A stretch of DNA of 63,265 nt. It comes from Chara braunii. Its lineage: Eukaryota; Plantae; Charophyceae. How positions within the stretch are numbered: the stretch's first letter is position 1; every line of letters begins with the position of its first letter. Below are positions 52,381 to 63,265 of this stretch, piece after piece. Under the pieces are notes generated by a model, which did not search any database, was not told the origin of the DNA, and was given only the letters and a program-made list of their open reading frames with translations. A program made the translations under genes and the position numbers. The stretch is taken from the NCBI GenBank assembly GCA_003427395.1, contig BFEA01000017.1, positions 4,735,889-4,799,153 of the forward strand, read 5' to 3'.

Positions 52381-54146
52381 AGCACGCTCGTCTATGAGAA
52401 AGTTGCAGATAAAAAAGCAGAAAGAAAAAGAAGACAAAGAAGAAGGGGAGAACAAAACTAGAAAAGAAAAAGAAGCACAAAGGAGAAGCAGCACGAAGAA
52501 GAAGAAGCACGACGAAGAAGAAGCACGAAGAAGAAGAAGCACGAAGACGAAGAAGAAGAAGGAGAAGAAGAAACAGTTACAGATATGATCACTGTTCTAC
52601 CTCTGCGCGGTCATGGAAGAGTACACGTTTCAAATTTCAATGCACTGTGTGGCCATCCATATTCTGTGCTGGCACAGGTGTCAGGTACCGTTACTCTGTC
52701 CTCTGGGACATATATTAAAATGGGAAGATGCTTCAAGGTCTCCCTCAGAGTCTTTTTTTTTTTTTTTTTTTTTTTGCCAAATTATTGAAATTAATTAGAG
52801 GAGTCCTGCATTCCTATGTGCAGAGTTCCCTATTGGATGTATTTGCTTAATGCCCCTCCACAGCGTGTCCACTTTGCAGCCAATAACGCTACACTGACTG
52901 TGCGCATTGTTCGTTGATCCTGTCCAACCTCATTGAAATTGAAAGGGAAAAAAAAATAAATAATAATAATAAAGAAAAGAGAATCTGACACAGATTGGGT
53001 GAGATGTGGATGTTCCATCTATGTTGATGACTGCTTTTTTTTTTTTTTTTTTTTTTTTNTTTTTAATGTTTTTGGACTGAGCTATGAACAAGTGTATTGT
53101 GAAGTTCAACATAATTGTCGATGCGAGGTATGGAGGGTAACGATCCCCTATCACCTTCACCCGAATGCAATGCCTGGTCATGATGGCCGTATCTAGACTG
53201 CAATTTGGTCTAACTACGCCTATCAAGACGTTTTTTTTTTTTTTTTTTTTTTTTTTAATACTGGAATTGGTATTAATATATGAAAATTCGAGGCCAGGGA
53301 CCTCACAATTCTAGCTGGAGTTATCCTGGCAGCACCAGCCAGTTTGCTTCTGAACAAGCATTCCATTCGCCAGGTGAAGACGGATGTATCTCCTCAGCAC
53401 AGTCATTGTACCCACAATTATATCATCCTTATCTTTATAATTGCACAAAGTTGGCCCCCTCTGACTGCCAAGGGGTCTTACTTATAAGTAGCAATAAACC
53501 TTGACTGGTCCAGCTGACCCTCTTTTTGCTTTTCTTTTCGTAAAAAGAACGCTCTATTTCTTTTACACCCAGCTGGTCGGACTCCCTTTTTGTAATCATA
53601 CCGACTGACAGTGTACTACGTAGTCTGCAAGTGTGCTAAGCCTTATAATATAGGAGATTGTAGTTGCTGGTGGGTGGGTGGGCATCCCCGCTTAGCTGGT
53701 GGGTGTGTGGGCCTCCCTGCGCAACAATACATGGTACCTGAAAACAGTGAAAAGCTTCCAAAGGAAACGAAATCGAAGTGGTGCAATGACGCACACAGAA
53801 TCAGTGTGAGATATCTGGTGATTTCTGAGTATTCCTGCTTGCTGGATTAATTTTGCTCAGACTGATTCTTGAAGCTGGTGGCCCTCTCTTTTTTCTGAGT
53901 GTTGCACCCCCCCTCCGGCCTCCGGGATAAATTTGTGTGTGCGGTGTGAGTTTGCAGTGTGCTTGCATGTGTGGAAGTCCTTGTGTGATGATTGCTATGC
54001 GGATCACCAACAGTGTACTTGATCTGATGACAGTGTGTTTTCTGTGTGTTCAAGGGAGGGGTAGATCAGGAATAAGGAAACCATGGGGACAAGAGTGAAA
54101 TTGGGACTGCCGGTGGATGGACTACAGGTAGAGAGAGGGTAGGATG

Positions 54147-54455
54147 GACAGGGACCAAGTAGAGGGCAGGTAGAACCCGGCAAGGATTTTCCCTTAGCTC
54201 CGGCAGGCCCAACAAAGAGGGGGCTTACAAAAAGGTCAAGAGTAGTCAGGCCCCAATCTAGATATTATTCGGTAGGTTCTATTCACGCCCTGACGTAGAT
54301 TTGGAGCCTGGAATAATGCTCCCGCCAAAAGACAGGAGCCCCCGGTCGGCCAAGCAGGACAGGGACCAAGTAGAAGAGGGGAGGTTGTACCCGGCAGGGA
54401 TTTTCCGGTAGCTCAGGCAGGCCCAACAAAGCTGGGGCTTACAAAAAGGTCAAGA
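54147..54455. repeat. Partial tandem duplication, period about 210 bp
   Basis: ggacagggaccaagtaga...ggcaggcccaacaaag..gggggcttacaaaaaggtcaaga occurs twice. Confidence 0.75.
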
Positions 54456-54482
54456 CCTTTTTTTTTCTTTCTTTCTTTCTTT

Positions 54483-54529
<47 letters not shown>

Positions 54530-55833
54530 CCAATCTATTCGTGGGGAGCAACACGTGCTGGGAACCGGGCCCAGCGTCCCAGTTGAGAAAATATCAGAAA
54601 ACTTATGCAAAAACAGATTGAGGTACCGGGGCCATTACCCGGCTTTGGCTGAGACTCTTACAATTTAGAAAAGCTATAAGAACTGTGCCCGCCATTTTTT
54701 GAACCCCTTCTCGATACCAAGACTCTTCAAGGCCTCACACCCCCAACTGCTGGATTACGAGGTAGCACGACCTGCCTCAGAAAACTCCCATCTGTTAGGC
54801 TACTGGGTGGAACGACCCACCCCGGCTCCGACCAGCATTGTCTTCATAGGCAATTCCCTGGACCTCTTACCAGGCCTCCAGAGCCCTCGTCACACTCGAG
54901 TTACAGGGCAGCACAACCAAACCCGCAGCTCCGACCAGCATCGTTCCAGCTCGGCCATCCGAAACCAAAGGAGCGAAAGGCAGATAGCACAGCATCGACC
55001 GAACCCCCAAGCATCACCTCAACCCAGGTTTCAGATTTGCTGGCACTGGACTCTCACAGAAATTTCGTAAACAAGGACTTAACCTAGATTAGAATGTCAA
55101 ACAAGGACTTAACCCAGATTAGAATGTCACAGCAAAACAAGGTGGGATTATCCCCCCAAAATCCCCCTCTGTCCTATTTGACCCGACTCTGCCTGGACCT
55201 ACCACGCCGCAGCGCAGCCATACCATATTCTCATCCAGCTGGCTAGCCCCTTCACCAACTGGATGCGTTATGCCCACCCATGCAGCCTCACCCACCCTGG
55301 CTCTAGATCATAGATTCCGAAGTCATACAGAATATCTACCACAAACAAGGGTGTGTATTATCAGAATCATTGAGACTAAAAGACAATCGAATTCAAGAAT
55401 TCCAGTTTGAGTTTACAATTTATGATCTCAAATATACGATGAATTCAGAAAAGGAAAATTAATTCGGATTTTGAATCTTCAACATCAAGAAGCTACTCTG
55501 AAAGTTATATTTCGATTTTATTTACAGAACAAAATCGGGCAAAACAAAAGGTAGATTGCTAATCAGGATATATTTTTGCATCTTCAGATACTGGAATTAA
55601 AAGTTGCTGATTACGACTACTCCGACGAAAGTTAGCTGGAAGTTGAAATTCCAGCATCAGAATACGTCAGCGTCAGAAAAAATCCAGATCATGTTTTATG
55701 ACAAGAAAATAAGCACTCACTGGGGACTAAAAAAAAAAAAAAAAAAAAAAAAAAGGGATTTTTTGGGCTTGTAAGACTCGAGAGTAGTGAGGCCCGAATC
55801 TAGATACTTGGAACGTTAGATCCATGCCCTGAG

Positions 55834-56677
55834 AGAGGCTCTCGTCAGTCTTCTCAGTTTTCTATTACAGTAATTAGGCCGATCTTGGCAAGATCCTAAG
55901 ATAACCTGTTCGATACTGCAGCCCCCCAGTGCCCCCCCCAACTCCCGACCCCGCTGCCGATTAGAGTACATATGGANGCTGATTCAGGTTTCCAGCGCAT
56001 TGGCGCCTTTCCTATTTTTTTTTTTGGTGCAGAAAGATGTATTCATGGGACGCTGGACCCGCTCCCCACCAATAGATGGAGCGGCCCGAAAAAAAAGGGA
56101 CGCTATGAGGACAGCAGGTGGAGCACAGGACCCAGGGGAGGGGTACTGTTTTGTACAGAGGTAGTCTTGGGACGCTGGGCCCGGTTCCCAGCAGATGAGG
56201 CCTCCCACACCATTCTCAGGAATACTCAGTACTCTTCAGTATTCTTCTGTATCTCCGTATCTCTCCTAAGGATTTCAGCTAATTTCAGCCTATTTCACGG
56301 CAGCCTGGTTTTCTATTGCTTCTATGGGCGCCATGAGGATAGTGGGTGGATGGCAGAGGCTAGGGGATGGAGAGGGACTCCACCGGTGCCCCCCGGTGGC
56401 CCCCCCCCCAATACCCGACCCTGCTGCAGTTTAGATATGGAAGAGTAGAATGGAGATGGGACACTGGACCCGGTTTCCAGCACCATGGCGTCACTCTCAT
56501 TGATGTACAGTGTGGCAAAGATATATTTTTTGGGGACGCTGGACCGTGTTGCTCCCCACCAATAGATGGAGCGGCCCGCTAGGCAAAGCCTCAATTCCGG
56601 TGGTTCTCTTACCACCACCAGGATAGTGGTCTTGCACAAGGGCCTTTCAATAAAAAAAAAAAAAAAAAAAAAAAAAA
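55834..56677 (+). mobile_element. Non-coding poly(A) retro-insertion (SINE-like or LINE 3' UTR) with 16-bp TSD
   Basis: Flanked by agatccatgccctgag at 55818-55833 and 56678-56693; ends in poly(A); contains four GGGACRCTGG modules; a homologous inverted copy lies at about 51941-52380. Confidence 0.88.
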
Positions 56678-57340
56678 AGATCCATGCCCTGAGGTAGATT
56701 TGCAGACTCAGCCTGGAATAATGCTCATACCGTAAGGCAGCAACCCCCGGCATTCCTAGTACCCGGAGAGGCACTGCACGGGGTAAGACTCGTAGGAGCA
56801 GTAGTAGCACAGCGTAAGTGCATCTGTGAGACCACGTTGCGAGAGTGTAGTATCATTCGGGTGGCACCGTGGCACTGCATGTAGTGATTCGGGCGGTATC
56901 TTACCCGGCAGTCAGGTCATGCTGCTGCTCCATCCAGGGGGGGGAAGTTAGGCCGAGTGTCGGAAGAGCGCTGGAGGTGGAGGGCTAAGAAGAAGACCTC
57001 CTTGGATATGGACTCCGAGGAGAAGTAGACTATAGACTATGAGTAGTAGGACTCGGACCTGGCTATGGTAGTTCGAACTCCACTGGAAAGGAGATTAGAA
57101 AAATACTAGAATTCCTAAATACCTAGGGGCCATTCAGTTCGAAGATGATATCTCAAGGCCCCTACGGGCAGGTCGATCACGTGTAGGCAGTTCGAAGAAC
57201 AAAGAAAAAGAAGATTTCATTTTCGCCTCCTTTCCTCGAAAAAATAAGATTTCATTTTTTATTTTATTATTATTATTATTATTTTTAGATTTCATTTTCG
57301 CCTTTCCTGGAAAAAAAGAAGTTGTTGTTGTTGTTGTTGT

Positions 57341-58260
57341 TTTTTTTTTTTTTTTTTTTNNNNNNNNNNNNNNNNNNNNNNNNNNNNNNNNNNNNNNNNN
57401 NNNNNNNNNNNNNNNNNNNNNCGTGCTGGGAACTGGGCCCAACGTCCCTTATAGCAAAATAAATAATTTGAGGCCTGGGTCCTCACAGTCTGCCCGGGTT
57501 ACCTTGTCCAAAATAAAGCAGGAGGGTAAAGGAGACAGCAATAAAAAGTACCAATTGTGGAGGGGAAGCATAGTGAATGAAGTAGGTGACCATACGTGGC
57601 CCTCTCAGCTCTCGTGATGCTGTCGGATTAGACTGTGTTTCAAGGCCTGATGGATAGATGATCTCATAGAAGTTCTGAGTAAATCAATCTGTTGTCGTCG
57701 ACCAAGTCTGCCCAAGGGAAAGGGGAGGCCCATTTCTTGCCAAATTGTGTGGAGGCCACCTCCATTGATGAAAGGGTGACAAGTCCTTAAGTCTATGCCA
57801 GTCTGCTGTAATATCCAATCGCATAGTATGCTTAAGTTGGACAATAAGAGAAGGAAGGGAATCAACTGTAGCAAAGAATCTCCTGTCTCTTCTGGCTATC
57901 CATATTTGCCAGAAAACTCTCGTTCTGAAGAAATTGCTTAATTTCCCTGCCTGTTGCTTATGAAAACAGGGTTGTATTCTGCCTGTGAAGGCTAGGTCCT
58001 GGTTCCAGAAGTCTTTCACCTTGTATGCCTCCAGCCAGAGCTTGTTGAGGAAGTCCTAGAGGCTAGAACACTCTAGCAATGACACATTCCCACCAGAGGT
58101 GTAGCCCATCCTCTAGGTAGGGGTCACGACATGCCTCGCAGAGCACAGATACATCCATTCCTTTTTCTGAGCACCACAGGGCAGTGGGACCACAAGGGTG
58201 CAGGTGTAACCATTGTAATCCCCCAATCTTAACTTCTATGGTTGAAAGCGGGAGATGGAT
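57341..58260 (-). mobile_element. L1/Tx1-type 3' fragment: zinc knuckle, 3' UTR, hairpin tail modules and poly(A)
   Basis: Minus strand LCEACRDPYLEDGLHLWWEC (CxxC-x8-H-x4-C) and FWQIWIARRDRRF; then modules at 57471-57498 and 57425-57448, an N gap, and poly(T) on + at 57341-57359. Confidence 0.85.
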
Positions 58261-59474
58261 AAAGAAGGGGAGCCATTTGCGGGAATGACAATCTTAACTT
58301 CATTGGAAGATCTCATTTTCGCCATTTAGTTGGCTCTTTTTTTTACCAGGATTTAAGGCGAAAATGAAATCGTCGAACTGAATGATATCTCAAGGCCACT
58401 ACGGGCAGTTCAAAGAAAAAGAAGAGCCAACTCCTGGCTTTTATAAAGACACTGTTTGGTTTCCAAAAAAAAAAAAAAAAGCACCAACTACGTCGGTAGC
58501 CAAAATGAGTTCCGAGTGGGTAAAGAAAACACGTACGGGCAGGTCGATCACGTGCCGAGTTCGAAAAGGAAATGATTGAAAAGAGGGGTGCGGCAGTCAC
58601 TTTCCAATAAGCGCGGATGTCATAACCACAGGGGCGGGTGGGCAGTGGTGTGCAGAGGCCCCGTTCGCAATTTAATTTACGAAAAAAATACGGCTTTTAT
58701 ATTTGCTTTGTCTGCGCATTCCAAACTGCTGCCGCGACCAAACTGCATCATGGTGTTCTTTTTTTCCTAATATTCGAAGCTGAAATCTTGACTCAGACTT
58801 AGTTGCTTCGAAAACCAGATGCTATCATAATGATGTTTCCTGTCCACATCTTATGTATTCACATAGGAACCCATGACATTAATTTCATGAATTCACTACA
58901 CAATTGTGGAAAGGTGAGAAAATTTTGGCCGAGGCTGCGGAGCAGTGTGGGTGTGTAATGGGGCCCAACCTTTTCGGGTCAACTAGGCTTCGGAACATGA
59001 TCATATCGGACAACTGGGACTTCTTTTCCTCAAAGAAGAAGACTTAGTGTGGGGAGCAACAGTGTGGTCCCTAACCATCTCAACCAACACGTCAAAGATT
59101 TCACCGAAATGACATTTTCTGCAGTTGATTGCTCTTGACGGAACAGGGAGGTTCACAGCCAACCAGAGATTATCTCATTACAATGATTCTATATTGGCAG
59201 TGATTCTTGTGAGGTTGAATTTCATCCTTGTGATGAATGCTTTCTCCCTCTCTCTCCCTCTCTCCCTCTCTCGCTCTCTCCCCCCCCCTCCCCCCCCTCT
59301 CTTCCCTCCCTTTTCTCTCTCGCACCCACATACACACACACAATCTCCTGACGAGTTGGTGAAAGTCCGAAGAAACAGTCAGACTTGCTTTTCTTTGTGG
59401 AATCGTGCATAGAAAATATGACAACACACACTTGCTCACTCATGCACTCCTTCACCCAATAAAAGTGATAGGTG

Positions 59475-59546
<72 letters not shown>

Positions 59547-60504
59547 AAAACGGGCTCTAGCTGATAGGTGTCTTGATCTTCTTCATTCCATCAATGAAAA
59601 TGCATGACTTTACTGACAGTGTGTGTAATCATCATGTATGGTAATTATGGCGATGCCACATTGATGCCTATTACTACATCTTTGGTAATAAGCCACCCCT
59701 TCCTTTATTCTGGGGTCTGCTCCTGCACAAAATGGGGTCAGCCTACGGACCCCGCTAACGCTCTGAAGTGACTCAGCAGGTCTCGCTGCGTCACCAAGTC
59801 AGGGATGGATGGCAAAGGCAACTTACCTAAGACAGAAGGGATGGATGGCAAAGGCGACTTACCTAAGACAGAAGACTCCAGCAAGAAAGCACTGAGCCCC
59901 TGCTCTAGGTCCAAAAAAACTTGACGAGCCCTGAGGCTCTGCGCCGGGCCACAAAATCACAAAAAAAAACAGAAGACTCCACCAGCAAGAAAGCATCGAC
60001 CTATTCTCCCATACGTCCGAAAAAACTTGGCGAGCCCTCCGAGTCAGCCCACAAAATCACACAAAATTAATTACACAAACACGACAGCATTGGCACTGGT
60101 ATTCATTCCAAACGACGACTCACTCACGTCACCACTGTCTCTATCACTCCATGGCTAGACATCCTCCATTTCACTTTGCTATCTAGCTCTGGACTGTATA
60201 GAGTGCCATAATCCCAAACTCCACAAGCTCTTCACGCGACACCAGCTGGAGCACTACTGCTTAAAACACCCTAGAAGCCCCCATTTCTTCCATGTGCTCC
60301 GAAAAAGCAGCCCATGGGAATGACACCCACAGAAACACTCTCTCAGCCTCCTCACGATAATACTGTGGCAAAAAACTCCAAACGTACATTCCCTCCCACC
60401 AAGAAAACTGTGGCCACCCACAGACATTCCTTGTCGAAAAGACAGCCCATGCTCTAAAGCAAAGCAAAGAATTAGGCCGTGTGTGTCTTGGGTGTGTGTG
60501 TGTC

Positions 60505-60575
<71 letters not shown>

Positions 60576-61240
60576 CAGAGTACTCCATGACTAGCATCTC
60601 GAAGCGAAGTACGGAAACCGTATTGCAATCCAGCTCCGAAGTAATTCATCGGCACACCCACATTAACCTTATCAGGCGAGCACAGGACTTCTCAAGCCAG
60701 TCAACCCTTATGTGGGATCCTACAGACGAAGCATGGTCAGCACCTTTTTTCGCGGGAGTGTGTTCTGATGGCCAAGAGGTGCGTCTTTTCGGAGGATGAA
60801 CAAAATTCACATACATCACAAATCGAGGAGGAATAGATACTTCGACTTATTCTAGTTCGGACAGACGATGCACGGGGAAAACTCAGGCGACTGTCAGTGA
60901 TGACGACGAATCGACACAGCATGCCGAGGGCAGCGAAGGCAGGGAAATATTCAAAAGTATAATCATGTGCTAATAGTGTCATCGAGCATCACAAATGCAT
61001 GGTTATAGTAAATATGGCCGCACATCCAGGTAGACGAGGGCATGCCAAGGTGATATGCATTACGATCGGGTGCATGCCATATTATGGTCGCCCACGTCTA
61101 AGCAGGGGTGCTTTTTTTTTTTTTTTTTTTGAAACGGGCCCAGTTCCCAAGGCTGATGTTACCAATAAGAGGATTGAGGCCGGGGTCCTCACAGTCTACC
61201 CGGAGTGACCGAACCAAACTTGCTGAGAACTAGGCTCAGC

Positions 61241-62532
61241 CTGTGTAACCGTTTGAACGCCGTGAACGCGCGTTCTCCCAGCATGCGCGCGTCGTGCACC
61301 ACCCTGGGGCGCATGGCATTCAAAAAAAGAAGTAAAAAAAAAAACACAAAATACCCCCACCCAAACATATACACACGCACACCAATACGCACAGATATTT
61401 ACACACACACACACATGCACTCCTTTTTTTGGGGGGCGGGGGCGGGTGGGGGAATCTCCCTAACATGGCTCAGAAGGCCCATGCAGGCATTGAAGAGTTC
61501 TCGCTGTAATGTAGCGTAGACCCTTCACCAAGATTGAGGGAGGCAGTGAATATGAAGTAGAGCACGAGCTGGCCGAATATATACTAAGGATTCAAATTCA
61601 GGTCTATGTTTCAGCAGTTATGGGTTGCTCACGTAGCTAGGCCATGTTGGTCTCTGCGCGTGATTCTCAGGGCTTGGCTCCACTACTCACCAAATGTGCA
61701 AAACTAGAATAAATCTTCTGCAGAACATGGAATAATACGCCACCATATGTTTTGTCTTTTGTGCATGTGGTGAGTAGAGGCCCTTAGGGTCACTGCACGT
61801 ATTCCTTAGAAAAGAAAAACGAGAAAAAAATTTCGTTTTTCTTTTTTCTCGTTTTTATTTTTCTCGTTTTTCTTTTCTAAGGAATACGTGCAGTGGCCCT
61901 AAGGGCCTCTACTCATCACATGCACAAAAGACAAAACATATGGCGGCGTATTATTCCATGTTTTGCAGAAGATTCATCCGAGTTTTGCACATTTGGTGAG
62001 TAGTGCAGCCAAACCCTGAGAATCACGTGCAGAGACCAACACGGCCTAGCTACGTGAGCAACCCGTAACTGCTGAAACACAAACCTGAATTTGAATCCTT
62101 AGTATATATTCGGCCAGCTCGTGCTCTACTTCATATTCACTGCCTCCCTCAATCTTGGTGAAGGGTCTCCGCTATATTACTGCGAGGACCCTTCAGAATG
62201 CCTGCATGGGCCTTCTGAGCCATATTAGGGAGATTCCCCCACCCCCCACCCCCAAAAAAAAAGGAGTGCATGTGGCCACAATTTTTTTGCCGCATATGGA
62301 TGCTTCGTTTTTTTTTTTGGCCATTACTTGGTTTTTTTTTTTTTTTTTTGCAGGGCCGTTGGCCCCTCCCCTACCACCCAGTTCCCTCCACACCCCAAAC
62401 CTGCCGCCCCCAACACTACATGGCTTCTGTGCAAACGTGTCAAAAGCGTTTAGCCGCGTTCATTGAATGTGCGTTCACCGCGTTCAAAACCTGAACACGA
62501 AACGCGCGTTCAATGAACGCGTGGTAACACAA
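61241..62532. mobile_element. hAT-like non-autonomous element with 8-bp TSD, containing an ~860-bp foldback
   Basis: TSD ggctcagc at 61233-61240 and 62533-62540; TIR ctgtgtaacc / ggtaacacaa; subterminal gaacgc repeats; inverted arms 61413-61830 and 61860-62273. Confidence 0.75.
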
Positions 62533-63265
62533 GGCTCAGCATCCCTCATATGAAGATGATTATGATGATTATGATGATGGTGAACTTCTGCTGATTCTAT
62601 GTAAACTGTGAGGTAACGATACTAATGACGATAATGATGATGATGATTAGTATGTAAAAAATATAGAAAACTATGCTATATCAACAATTCTGGCCTCCTA
62701 ATTCAAGAACAACTCCTAACCCTCCCTGTACCAGGACATCACATGTTAGAGACAATTCCACCCTAACCAACGTCAACCATAGCTGACCTGTTCTCGCGAC
62801 CTAGACTATCCCTGGACCCATAGGTTATCTAGGCAGCCCCCCCCGGATTCGCCACTGGATTGTCTTCCTCCCTCAACAAATCTCCACATCTCTCTACAAG
62901 GCCTCACACTCCTGCCATTTGCAGGTTACAGGGCAACGCCCCAGCTCTGGCCAGCGTCGTTCTGGCATCGGCAAACCAGGAGCACAAAAAAAACAACTCT
63001 TTAGATATCAATCCAGATTTGACCATCTCTGACGTCCTATATCCCGAACGAGGAAGAAGACCAGGTGCTGCCAAGCATTACCGAACACCAAAAAACTTGA
63101 TATAACATTATTTGAGACTATGAAATTTTAAAGCACCTGTTCTGTGAAGATTAATCTCCCCCCTCCCCTCCTTCCCACCCTATCCCAGCGTTGTCGAGCG
63201 GGGAACCCCGAGGGCAAAGCCGGTGTTAGGCTGCGGACCCCGGACCCCCGCCGCGGGGTTCATCC

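Noticed and set aside
60600-60900. CEFC...THLL on the minus strand as another L1 zinc knuckle
   Set aside because: The final Cys and other ORF2 motifs are missing; too weak.

Overview
Eukaryotic, repeat-dominated DNA from a gapped short-read draft assembly, with many N runs and one embedded Nextera mate-pair junction adapter at 39706-39743. The only clear host gene is a GT-AG spliced aquaporin (two exons, 37682-37944 and 39198-39647; exon 1 not found). Its ar/R filter reads H/H/A/R, the signature of the HIP (hybrid intrinsic protein) subfamily; together with plant-type U2/U6 fragments this suggests a non-seed streptophyte (inference). The rest is nested transposon debris: four decayed L1/Tx1-type ORF2 remnants, several MITE families (Tc2/pogo-like, PIF/Harbinger-like, MULE-like, hAT-like, and an AACCACCAGTAC-TIR family), a tRNA-headed SINE, and U2/U6 pseudogenes. 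The most striking unexplained signal is a modular set of RNA hairpins present about 25 times just upstream of poly(A) tracts. It shows compensatory base changes, a conserved loop on unrelated stems, TSD-flanked solo insertions, and direct linkage to two L1 3' ends. A short microsatellite-embedded element carrying a hammerhead ribozyme core is also present in three copies. All alignments and folds were done by eye; coordinates of degenerate repeats are approximate.
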